Shown in pieces: positions 21,101 through 27,089 of a stretch of 27,089 nucleotides of DNA. Numbering within the stretch: position 1 is the first letter of the stretch; the number at the start of each line of letters is the position of its first letter. The notes under the pieces are model-generated. The model saw nothing but the letters and a program-made list of their open reading frames with translations. It was not told the DNA's origin and searched no databases. Position numbers and translations under genes: made by a program. This DNA is from Chiloscyllium plagiosum (taxonomy: Eukaryota), in NCBI RefSeq assembly GCF_004010195.1, contig NC_057751.1, positions 19,769,199 to 19,796,287 of the forward strand, read 5' to 3'.

Positions 21101-23615
21101 ACATAAGGATGCAACTCAAGCACTTTGATCAACTTATAGAGACTGAACAGGCTGTACTTAACTGATTAATTGCTGTCTTTTTCCTTCAACGTTATGCAAA
21201 AGAAAAAAAAAAACAACGTATTGTGTATCGAGTTGCGCCTTGTGCAATGTGCTTCCCCGCTTAGGTAAGTTTTTTTTGGAACAAAATAGGTGCGCTGTTG
21301 CGTGCATTGATTAAATAAATCTACTTATTCCAGTGGTCTTTCAATTGTGGGGTGGGAGGTTGAAGACATATATAAAAGTTTATAAACCTTATAAATGTTT
21401 ATCAAATCATGAAGGGCATGGATAGGGTAAATAGACAAGGTCTTTTTCCCCAGGGTTGGAAGTCCAAAACTAGAGGATATAGGTTTAAGGTGAGAGGGAA
21501 AAGATTTAAAAGGGACCTAAGGGGCAACATTTTCACGCAGAGGGTGGTGTGTGTATGGAATGAGCTGCCAGAGAAGTGGTGGAGGCTGGTAAATTACAAC
21601 ATTTAAAAAGCATCTGGATGGGTTTATAAGGATATGGACCAAGTGCTGGCAAATAGGACTAGATTGGTTTAGGCTATCTGGTCAATTGGACCAAAGGCTA
21701 TGTTTCGATGCAGTATAGTCTATGACTCTGACACCGACACCAAAAGACACCTGTTATGACTCAACAATTGTTTAATCCAGAACTCAGCTAATTTATTATC
21801 CTGAATTCAATGTAATATTTTGTAAAAGACAAATTTTAATGATGTGTTTAAGTCAACATAGCTCTTCATAAATTCTTATAGTAATTTTATTTATTAAAAA
21901 TAAGTTGTTTGAGATTAAACATTAGTCATGATTTTACCATGTTCTTCCAGGTAAGCCTGCAGTCGCTGGATGAGATCTTGCTTGTTTCCTTTAGTATCCA
22001 GCTCCCTTGAAGCACATTCTTGTCTCAACTCAGTCAACTAAAGCACAATGAGAACAAAAACAGTCAGAACCATGGGTATTTTCAGTAAAGAAATGATTTG
22101 AGAAATTGGAGTCGACCACGTGACCTGCTTCATTCAATACAATAGTTGATATTTGGATTCAATTCCCTTTCTTGGCTGCTCTAAACCCTTTAGGGTAGAG
22201 AATTCCAAGGACTCTCAATCATTCAAGTGAAGTAATTTCTCCTCAGCTGGGCCCAACTTATTACTCTCTTATCCAGAAACTGGGCCATCACATTTTAGGT
22301 TCTCCAATCAGTGGAAACATTATCTCAGTGTCTATCGTGTTACACAGGATCTTGTACATTTCAATGAAATTGCCTTTCATTCTTCTAGTAAACAGTGGCC
22401 CAAATTACTCAGTCTCTCAGGACAATCCCATCATCCCCAGCACTGATTCAGTGAACACTGGCTGTATTGCCACTATATGGAAATGTAATCTCCCTTAAAA
22501 ATGGAAATTAAAAGTGCATATACATTTTTCCAAAACCTTGTACAATTAGAACAAGATTTATTGTTTCCTGTACTCCAATCTTAAGGTAAATGGGCAACAT
22601 CACTTCCCAATTGCTTGCAGTACATGCATTTCAGCTTTCCACATTCCTTGGAGAAACATACCCCACAATCTTTGAAAATCAGCATTTACGAGTTTCACAC
22701 CATTCCTGGTCACATTTATGCTAGTTCTTAGCTGGATCAATCCAAAACCATTTCTACAACCCCACTTTCTTCCCACAGTCAGTTATCAATCCAAATCTAA
22801 TCCCAGCACCCTCCTCCCTACAGATTTTAAAACTGACAATCCATCAACTCTACAACCATGGGATAGTCTTTCCTGATTCATAACACTGGAACCCCTTGTT
22901 AACTTAAAATAAAACTTTCGAATTATTTGCTCCAATTTCTCAGTCCCACTTTATAACTTTCCAAACTTCTATATTAGGGCGAATCTACAGAATTGTCGCT
23001 TCAACGTGCACTCTGAGCACCCAAAACCCAACTTTAGCAGTGGATCAACCAACGACTTGTACAAGTTATCTCTTATACGATTCCCCTATTTACAGAAGAA
23101 ATGACAACTTTCCTCATCAATGTTTCGCCCACTTGCTCTGACGTTCAGGGAATGGTAATCCATTTGAAATATCTGTAGTACACAGCAAAGAGACCTAGCT
23201 TAGACCAAACAACATAGCATAGTGGAGAGGGACGGTTGCCTACTTCAATGTGGCCCGTGACTTCCATGGGCGGTGCATTTAGCGATTCGTCCATTACGGA
23301 AACTTATTTGCTTCCTTTCAATTTGGCACTCGAAGCACATCCCATCTAAGTATGCCGCCTAAAATGATCGCAGAATTTTAGACTATCAGGGGGGAAAAAA
23401 CCAACCCCACCTTCAAAAAGGAGAGAAAACATAATCCACTTTGTGGGTCGCCCGAGGAAAATGAGAACAGAAAAACTGAAGCACGTAACCGTCACTAAAT
23501 CATAAAATCTCCAGTCTGACCGCGAACACATTACCTACATATGATTTATGATTATACTAAACTAAACTCCCTTTACCTTCAATTTGCTGATATCCACCGC
23601 CGCTCTGTCCGCCAT
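107..23615 (-). CDS. SARNP: SARNP (SAP domain-containing ribonucleoprotein, CIP29), spliced coding exons 1-8; 3' part outside the window
   Basis: Eight manually spliced GT-AG exons (39+100+47+74+52+74+26+26 = 438 nt) join in frame. The product has an N-terminal SAP domain (KLKLTELRQECASRELDTKGNKQDLIQRLQAYLEE), an acidic linker and RxxRF motifs (KRAERF, RAARFG), matching human SARNP as recalled (KLKLAELKQECLARGLETKGIKQDLIHRLQAYLEEH...KRAERFNVP...ESKKAARAARFG). Confidence 0.97.
294..576 (-). mobile_element. Degraded LINE (CR1/L2 group), minus strand; host of later insertions; continues at ~3063-3203 and ~3810-4520
   Basis: The same terminal sequence (tgggacatgggcatcacc...ccagcatttat...gagaaggt..gagctgcct...ctgcagtccat) recurs at ~12935-13075. 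Sequence resumes after the CR1 insertion. Confidence 0.55.
577..3062 (+). mobile_element. CR1-clade LINE, 5'-truncated ORF2 (APE endonuclease C-terminus + reverse transcriptase), frameshifted
   Basis: ORF fragments VMGDFNFPNIDW, LDLVLGNEPGQV...GEHFGDSDHN, PEDWREENVVPLFKKG..GNYRPVS, SQHGF, QMEFNLDKCEVMHF, LYKTLVRPHLEYC; 3' end ...ttctacgttctatg; multiple stops and frameshifts. Confidence 0.95.
3204..3288 (-). mobile_element. Short CR1 3'-end fragment, minus strand
   Basis: agagtcatagaagtgtacagc...aatctagtcccatttgccagcac matches the start of the minus-strand CR1 copies at 7457 and 26018. Confidence 0.7.
3289..3590 (+). mobile_element. CR1 3'-end fragment (~300 bp)
   Basis: Encodes VCVWNELPEEV...FKRHLDGY; ends in the ctctatgactctatgac tail repeat; reverse complement of 7457-7755. 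Confidence 0.9.
3595..3800. mobile_element. Fold-back element probably derived from a Penelope-like terminal repeat, with decayed hammerhead core
   Basis: Arms 3595-3665 and 3691-3758 are imperfect reverse complements (atttatttgaaatcagaagctt / aagcttgtgatttcaaataaac). The minus strand reads TTGATGAAGAAGCAGCACTCCAAAAGCT, resembling CTGATGA...CGAAA. Confidence 0.6.
3810..4169 (-). mobile_element. Degraded LINE APE-endonuclease region, minus strand
   Basis: Minus-strand translation includes VPGYILSH.. and, across frameshifts, remnants resembling GGTVVY, GPHEVSW, KHGQGNLL.ITTY; includes a short (GTG)n expansion at 4139-4159. Confidence 0.6.
4170..4305. mobile_element. Single-arm copy of the Penelope-like terminal repeat family (same family as 13591 and 25459)
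   Basis: gagaaaatgaggactgcagatgctg...ctggaaaagcacagcaggtcagacagcatc...tttgggcataaacccttcaatcagg aligns with 13594-13710; hammerhead core is mutated (minus strand CTGATTGA...CAAAATG). Confidence 0.75.
5238..5263 (-). CDS. SARNP: SARNP exon 7, 26-nt microexon (FGLPVATK)
   Basis: aaaatag|GTTTGGTTTGCCTGTTGCAACAAAAG|gtaaga; completes the RAAR-FG motif; human equivalent is FGISSVPTK. Confidence 0.9.
6864..6937 (-). CDS. SARNP: SARNP exon 6 (RLKKRAERFNVPGTAESKKAARAAR)
   Basis: ctctttacag|AGGCTAAAG...GCTGCACG|gtaagt; 74 nt; close to human RMQKRAERFNVPVSLESKKAARAAR. Confidence 0.97.
7457..8635 (-). mobile_element. CR1 LINE 3' portion (RT C-terminal half), minus strand
   Basis: ORFs 8256-8690 (FSKAFDKVPH...[22 protein letters not shown]...SKFADDTK) and 7781-8161 (LYRTLVRPLLEYYVQFWSP); tail agagtcataga at the left end. 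Confidence 0.95.
8798..10138 (+). mobile_element. CR1 LINE 3' portion (RT), different subfamily
   Basis: ORFs 8808-9080, 9133-9645 ([25 protein letters not shown]) and 9646-10056; tail ctctatgttcta. Confidence 0.95.
10298..10545 (+). mobile_element. tRNA-derived SINE (HE1/V-SINE-like), internally deleted
   Basis: Head gggtggcatggtagttagcactgctacctcaca; ggattggccatgctaaatt core; CR1-like tail; homologous to 17676-17986. Confidence 0.75.
10795..11058 (+). mobile_element. CR1 3'-end fragment, degraded
   Basis: tttaaaagacatttggac...ggactggttggaccgaagagtctgtttccatgctg..ctctgactct, homologous to 3289-3590. Confidence 0.85.
11490..12260 (+). mobile_element. Old, heavily degraded CR1 RT remnant
   Basis: Recognisable remnants (gagcagtggtgaacg, tagagtacaaaagc, gaagagatttactagaatg) colinear with the CR1 3' half; no intact ORF. 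Confidence 0.5.
12478..12546 (-). mobile_element. tRNA-derived SINE head, minus strand
   Basis: Minus strand GGTCTTGTGACACAATGGATAA...GTGTTTGAATCCCACTCCAG has A-box-like and B-box-like elements at tRNA-like spacing. Confidence 0.5.
12935..13075 (-). mobile_element. LINE 3'-end fragment, same family as 294-576
   Basis: ttcatgggatgtgggcatcactgg..ccagtattta...gaaggtgggg..agctgccttc...ctgcagtccat aligns with 294-400. Confidence 0.65.
13130..13284. mobile_element. 155-bp MITE of Tc1/mariner-pogo (Tigger-like) type
   Basis: TIRs cagaggaacctcgattatc / gagaatcaaggttcttctg (reverse complement cagaagaaccttgattctc); CAG...CTG termini; TA on the left, CA (decayed TA?) on the right. Confidence 0.75.
13591..13797. 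mobile_element. Fold-back Penelope-like terminal-repeat element with ~14-bp TSD
   Basis: Arms ~13618-13707 and ~13710-13799 are reverse complements; flanked by tcctaggaggtatg (13577-13590) and tcctagaggtatg (13798-13810). Confidence 0.85.
13682..13709 (-). ncRNA. Minimal hammerhead-ribozyme core motif (Penelope type)
   Basis: Minus strand CUGAUGA-A-GGGC-UUAC-GCCC-GAAAC-GUU has the conserved CUGANGA and GAAA, a 4-bp stem II and the palindromic ACGU stem III. Stem I pairing is poor in this copy, so activity is doubtful. Confidence 0.6.
14400..14745. repeat. 39-bp GC-rich minisatellite (~6 core copies plus degenerate flanks)
   Basis: cagccttta recurs at 14498, 14537, 14576, 14615, 14654 and 14693 (period 39); degenerate copies at 14403, 14439, 14475 and 14729. 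Confidence 0.92.
15576..15627 (-). CDS. SARNP: SARNP exon 5 (EVTAKKLVKIVAPMTESE)
   Basis: ttctttttcag|AGTTACAGCAAAG...GAGTGAG|gtgagt; 52 nt; KKLVKI corresponds to human KKVVKI. Confidence 0.93.
15715..16503 (+). mobile_element. Degraded CR1 3' portion
   Basis: Remnants of the dKc.v.HFGr.N, ggtcaccacattataggaagga, aggggacctgattgaagtgtataagatcatgag and VETWNALP segments; tail tgtatgattctatg. Confidence 0.85.
16940..17038 (+). mobile_element. tRNA-derived SINE head fragment
   Basis: tgtagtggcaat (A-box-like) and gggttcaagtccc (B-box) at tRNA-like spacing; no complete cloverleaf. Confidence 0.5.
17365..17438 (-). CDS. SARNP: SARNP exon 4 (EEEQQQQKVEPEVQSQTVAIKEPE, divergent linker)
   Basis: tatacag|GAGGAGGAACAACAG...CCAGAAGA|gtaaat; 74 nt; phase 0 in and phase 2 out fits exons 3 and 5; sequence is divergent from human. 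Confidence 0.85.
17676..17986 (+). mobile_element. HE1-like tRNA-derived SINE
   Basis: gcacggtgg..cactgctgcctcacagcacca...tgtctgtgtggagtttgcacatt...gtgggtttcctcc...taaattgccc...gggtgggatgctct...cacactgtagggattctat; typical elasmobranch SINE body with CR1-like tail. Confidence 0.85.
18437..18483 (-). CDS. SARNP: SARNP exon 3 (AEEEVNEEDVLAEDTE)
   Basis: ttctcttgcag|CTGAGGAAG...ACTGAG|gtagtt; 47 nt; matches human AEEEANEEDVLGDETE. Confidence 0.95.
19663..19766. repeat. Older fragment related to the Penelope-like terminal repeat family, reverse orientation relative to 4170
   Basis: ccacagatactgcctgatctg...tttcagatttccagcatctgcagt; ccagcatctgcag is the reverse complement of ctgcagatgctgg seen at 25478. 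Confidence 0.55.
19970..20535 (+). mobile_element. Penelope-like retroelement, 5'-truncated: GIY-YIG endonuclease C-terminus with inverted partial terminal repeat and 14-bp TSD
   Basis: ORF 19978-20367 contains YKILYKDCNKHYIGQTGRKLATRIHEH...H..DWDN...REFLEAWH; 20010-20064 is the reverse complement of 20481-20535; atattaattatatt flanks both sides (19956-19969 and 20536-20549). Confidence 0.92.
20836..21329. repeat. Long inverted repeat / putative fold-back MITE (~175-bp arms, ~140-bp spacer)
   Basis: aataagtagatttatttaatcaatgcac... (20836) pairs with ...gtgcattgattaaataaatctacttatt (21329); pairing continues to aatcagttaa (21015) / ttaactgatt (21158). Confidence 0.9.
21398..21731 (+). mobile_element. 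CR1 3'-end fragment
   Basis: ORF 21409-21606 MKGMDRVNRQGLFP...TRGYRFKVRGKRFKRDLRGNIFTQRVVCVWNELP; tail ctatgactct. Confidence 0.9.
21938..22037 (-). CDS. SARNP: SARNP exon 2, SAP domain (LTELRQECASRELDTKGNKQDLIQRLQAYLEEH)
   Basis: tttag|TTGACTGAG...GAACATG|gtaaaa; 100 nt; clear SAP-domain translation. Confidence 0.97.
22105..22700 (-). mobile_element. Old degraded CR1 3' remnant, minus strand
   Basis: ggtagagaattccaaggactctcaatcattcaagtgaagtaatttctcctca resembles the reverse complement of the CR1 'RNFFTQRVVNLWNSLP' region. Confidence 0.5.
23577..23615 (-). CDS. SARNP: SARNP coding exon 1 (MADRAAVDISKLK)
   Basis: Minus strand caagATGGCGGAC...AAATTGAAG|gtaaag; strong Kozak context; phase 0 donor. 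Confidence 0.93.
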
Positions 23616-23710
23616 CTTGCCAGGCTTCTAACCCGCTCACCACCTATCCAATAGGAAGCCGCTTTACTCTTTTACCTCACTGACCAACACGCTGCCTCAC
23701 CATTGGCTCA
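23606..23710 (-). promoter_or_regulatory. Putative SARNP core promoter / 5'UTR
   Basis: YY1-type motif CAAGATGGCGG overlapping the ATG (minus strand); CCAAT at 23648-23652 and ATTGG at 23702-23706; ETS-like AGGAAG at 23653-23658; local CpG enrichment (~23250-23730) in otherwise CpG-poor DNA; no clear TATA box. Confidence 0.65.
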
Positions 23711-24753
23711 AAAGAGACAGTAAGACGCTCAATCTACTGTGCTAGAGAGATCTGGGGTGGGGGGAATAATTTAAGAGCAAAACCTCACAATTATATTTCT
23801 CAACATTTAACAAAAAATATATGTTAGAATGAAAGTTTAAAATTATAAAAAATTATGGCGACATATCTTATGCGAAGATAATAAATCCTGTGGAAAGTTA
23901 TTATATGTGACCCTTGCCAGTCAATTGCTTAGTGACCACCTTCATTGGAATGACTACCAAATAATATCATTTCAAGAACAGTTATCGGGTAATTTTCAAA
24001 GTTGGATGCCAGAAAGGACAGCTGTTTCTGCACTTGTTAACCCACTCGTCTTTTGCTTATTTGTTTCAATGAGCAGAAAATTGTGGAGTGGCAGGCAGAG
24101 AAAGAGGAAAACTGGCCAAATACCTTATTTTCTTTATATAAAGGTTGTGCAAGTACAGACCTGTTGTACATTTACATTTGTAAGTGAACCAGTTTTGTGA
24201 GAACATTTAGCAATGTTTTTATTGAGTTACCCACTTCTGGACTGGACAAAATGTTGAAGCTCAATTCTTAATGCATGTGTATCAGCAGTTTGAATCTGCA
24301 GGTTTTGGAACTAAGCTCAATCTCGTCCTTATGTACTGTCCAAATCTATTCCTACCACAGTCTACTGGAGAGTGATCAAAGGGAGAAACTGACTGACACC
24401 TCCCTCCATAACCTACGGCTGGTGAGGTCAATTGTGACCCACTATTTCCCATCTGAGGTCGAACAACTGGCTACAAGCTGTGGTCAACCCTGGGACCATT
24501 TGGTCTAAATGGTACCTTGATGCATTTCCTCACTAAATCACTGGAGAGCTACTGTGTATTATGCGAAAACTGTAATGGCAACTGTCTTAGCTGATCTTAG
24601 CCACTTCCCTGCAATGGGGAGGGGAAAATCAAGCAGGATTCTAGTTTCTAATGTCACAATGCATGTAATTGTAATACATAAAATATTGTAATTTCAACTT
24701 GGAATACATGTAATGTAATCTGAACTTCTCAAGGTGATTGCTGCGCAAAGTCA

Positions 24754-24955
24754 GTCTTGGCTCAGTACTCTCACCTGTGTCAGGAGGTTGTGGATTTAAG
24801 CTTCACATGAATGCATGATCTAGGTTGGCACTCTGCAGTGTCAAAGGTGCTGTCTTTCAATGCCCTATCTGCCCACTCAGGTGAGCATAAAAGATCCTTT
24901 GGTACTAATATAAAGAGATAGAGAGTTCTCATGAAACATTTATCCTTGAATCCAC
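24754..24955 (+). mobile_element. DeuSINE/SacSINE-like SINE, 5' part
   Basis: ggtgctgtctttc...ctatctgcccactcaggtgagcataaaagatcc..tggtacta...gagttctc...atttatcc resembles the Deu-domain consensus as recalled; degraded tRNA-like head at ~24754-24805. Confidence 0.6.
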
Positions 24956-26013
24956 ACTAACTCAACACGGGAGCCCCCCAGTTGTGTGTACTCAGCCCCC
25001 TACTGTACTCGCTGTATACCCATGACTGCGTCGCCAAATACCAGACTAATGCCATATACAAGTTCACTGATAACACCATCATAGTCGGTCAAATCTCAGA
25101 TAATGACGAAACAGACTACAGACGGGAGGTGGAAGACCTGGAAAAATGGTGCACTGAGAACAACCCAGCTCTTAATGCCGGCAAAACCAAGGAACTCATT
25201 ATTGACTTTCGACAGGATGTTACTGAAGCGCCCCCTACACATTAACAGCACAGAGTGGAGAGTGTCAAGCTCCTGGGAGTGGTCATCCACAACAAGCTTT
25301 CTTGGACTCCTCATGTGGACGCACTGGTTACAAAGGCCCAACAACATCTCTTCTTCCTCAGTCAGCTGAGGAAATTGGGCATGACGGCAAATACCCTTGC
25401 CAACTTTTATAGATGTACTATTGAGAGCATTCTGTCTGGATGTGTCACTACCTGGTATCTTCTGGAGAAAGTGAGGTCTGCAGATGCTGGAGATCAGAGA
25501 TGGGAATGTGTTGCTGGAAAAGCGCAGCAGGTCAGGCAGCATCCTGACCTGCTGCGCTTTTCCAGCAACACATTTCCATCACTACCTGGTATGGCAACTG
25601 TACCATTCAAGATCTGAGATGGTCACAGAGAGTGGTGAACTCGGCCCAGACAATCACAAAGGTCAACCTCCCATCTAAAGAATCCATCTACCAGGCCCTC
25701 TGTCAAGGAAAGGCCGCCAGCATTCTCAAAGATCCATCCCACCCTGGCAATGTTTTTCTACAACCTCTAGCATCGGGGAGAAGGTACAGAAGCCTGAGCA
25801 CACGCACCAGCCGGTTTTGCAACAGTTTCTACCCTACTGTTGTGAGAATACTGAAAGGACTCGCAAACTCTTATCATTTGCCTGTACCTGTGTTTTTTGT
25901 TTTTGCTGCTATTTACCTATTATTTACTTATTTATGCTACTTAACTCTGTGATCTGCCTGTATTGCTCGCGAGACAAGCCTCGGTACACATGACAATAAA
26001 TTCAATTCAATCA
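24956..26013 (+). mobile_element. Rex1/Babar-like non-LTR retrotransposon 3' portion (RT), interrupted at 25459-25578
   Basis: NTGAPQ.CVLSPLLYSLYTHDC...YKFTDNT..VG.IS.NDE..YR.EV...WC.ENN..LN..KTKELIIDFR; FYRCTIESILSGC; HP...LQPLASGRRYRS...T.RF.NSFYP; 3' end aataaattcaattcaatcaa. Confidence 0.85.
25459..25578. mobile_element. 120-bp hairpin insertion from the Penelope-like terminal repeat family, 14-bp TSD
   Basis: tcactacctggtat duplicated at 25445-25458 and 25579-25592; 36-bp stem 25501-25536 / 25543-25578. Confidence 0.9.
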
Positions 26014-26017
26014 ACAC

Positions 26018-26964
26018 AGAGTATTAGAGATGTACAGCACAAAAACAGACCCTTCGGTCCAACTCATCAATGCCGACCAGATTTCCCAACCCAATCTAGT
26101 CCCACCTGCCAGAGCCTGGCCCATATCCCTCCAAGCCCTTCCTATTCATATACCCATCCAGATGCCTTTTAAATGTTGCAATTGTACTAGCCTCCACCAC
26201 TTCCTCTGGCAGCTCATTCTATACGCGTACCACCCTCTGAGTGAAAAAGTTGCCCCTTAGGTCTCGTTTATATCTTTCCCCTCTCACCCTAAACCTATGC
26301 CCTCTAGTTCTGGACTCCTCCACCTCAGGGAAAAGACTTTGTCTATTTATCCTATCCATGCCCCTCATGATTTTATAAACCTTGATAAGGTCACCCCCTC
26401 AGTCTCTAACGCTCCAGGGAAAACAGCCCTAGCCTATTCAACCTCTCCCTATAGCTCAAATTCTCCAACTCTGACAACATCCTTGTAAATCTTTACTGAA
26501 CCCTTTCAAGTTTCACAACATCTTTCCGATAGGAAGGAGACCAGAATTGCATGAAATATTCCAACAGTGGCCTGTCCAATGTCCTGTACAGCCACAACAT
26601 GACCTTGCAACTCCTGTACTCAATACTCTGACTCAATAAAGGAAAGCACACCAAACGCCTTCTTCACTATCCTATCTACCTGCAACTCCACTTTCAGGGA
26701 GCTATGAACCTGCACTCCATGGTCTCTTTGTTCAGCAACACTCCCCAAGACCTTACCATTAAGTGTATAAGTCCTGCTAAGATTTGCTTTCCCAAAATGC
26801 TGCACCTCACATTAGTCTAAATTAAACTCTATCTGCCACATCTCAGCTCATTGGCCCATCTGATCAAGATCCCATTGTAATCTGAGGTAACCTTCTTCGC
26901 TGTCCACTACTCCTCCAATTTTGGTGTCATCTGCAAACTTACTAACTATACCTATTATGCTCAC
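26018..26964 (-). mobile_element. CR1 LINE 3' portion, minus strand (same subfamily as 7457-8635)
   Basis: Colinear and highly similar to 7457-8385; ORF 26620-26805 HFGKANLSRTYTLNGKVLGSVAEQRD.GVQVHSSLKV. Confidence 0.95.
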
Positions 26965-27089
26965 TCTTTGTGAGCTGTTACGATCTGCAATTTAGCTGCT
27001 GTATTTACAACATTAAAGCAGTGACTACACTTCAAGTATACGTAATTGGCTGTGAAGTACTTTGGAATGACCTGAGTATATGGAAAGCA
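26965..27089 (+). mobile_element. DeuSINE/SacSINE-like SINE, 3' part
   Basis: gcaatttagctgctgtatttacaacattaaagcagtgactacacttcaa...attggctgtgaagtactttgga matches the DeuSINE 3' region as recalled (cagtgactacacttcaaa...attggctgtaaagcgctttggg). Confidence 0.65.

Noticed and set aside
21261..21270. Perfect plus-strand donor TTAG|GTAAGT inside the long inverted repeat
   Set aside because: Wrong strand for SARNP and no associated upstream acceptor or exon is evident; likely chance.
23644..23680. Minus-strand GAG|GTAAAA donor upstream of the ATG as an extra 5'UTR intron
   Set aside because: The nearest AG acceptors would give an implausibly short intron with no polypyrimidine tract.
23907..24508. 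Plus-strand ORFs upstream of SARNP as a divergent gene (e.g. ORMDL family)
   Set aside because: Translations show no resemblance to ORMDL (MNVG.AHSEVNPNTRVMNSRG) or any protein I recognise.

Overview
Vertebrate nuclear DNA. The repeat families (HE1-type SINEs, SacSINE/DeuSINE-like SINE, abundant CR1 LINEs) suggest a cartilaginous fish, probably a shark (inference). The only host gene is SARNP (CIP29/Tho1 orthologue) on the minus strand. Its coding exons 1-8 are at 23577-23615, 21938-22037, 18437-18483, 17365-17438, 15576-15627, 6864-6937, 5238-5263 and 107-132. All have GT-AG boundaries and splice in frame into 146 codons: MADRAAVDISKLKLTELRQECASRELDTKGNKQDLIQRLQAYLEEHAEEEVNEEDVLAEDTEEEEQQQQKVEPEVQSQTVAIKEPEEVTAKKLVKIVAPMTESERLKKRAERFNVPGTAESKKAARAARFGLPVATKGTPGTIKTT. 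The remaining exons lie beyond position 1. None of these exons is represented as such in the ORF track; the long ORFs there are broken retrotransposon fragments (CR1, Rex1/Babar-like, Penelope GIY-YIG). The most interesting signal is a set of short fold-back insertions derived from Penelope-like terminal repeats. Three have ~14-bp target-site duplications and several carry hammerhead-ribozyme core motifs, one intact and on the SARNP sense strand at 13682-13709. Also notable are a ~490-bp unexplained long inverted repeat in intron 2, a 39-bp GC-rich minisatellite, an inverted CR1 pair bracketing exons 6-7, and a multi-layer nested insertion upstream of the gene.
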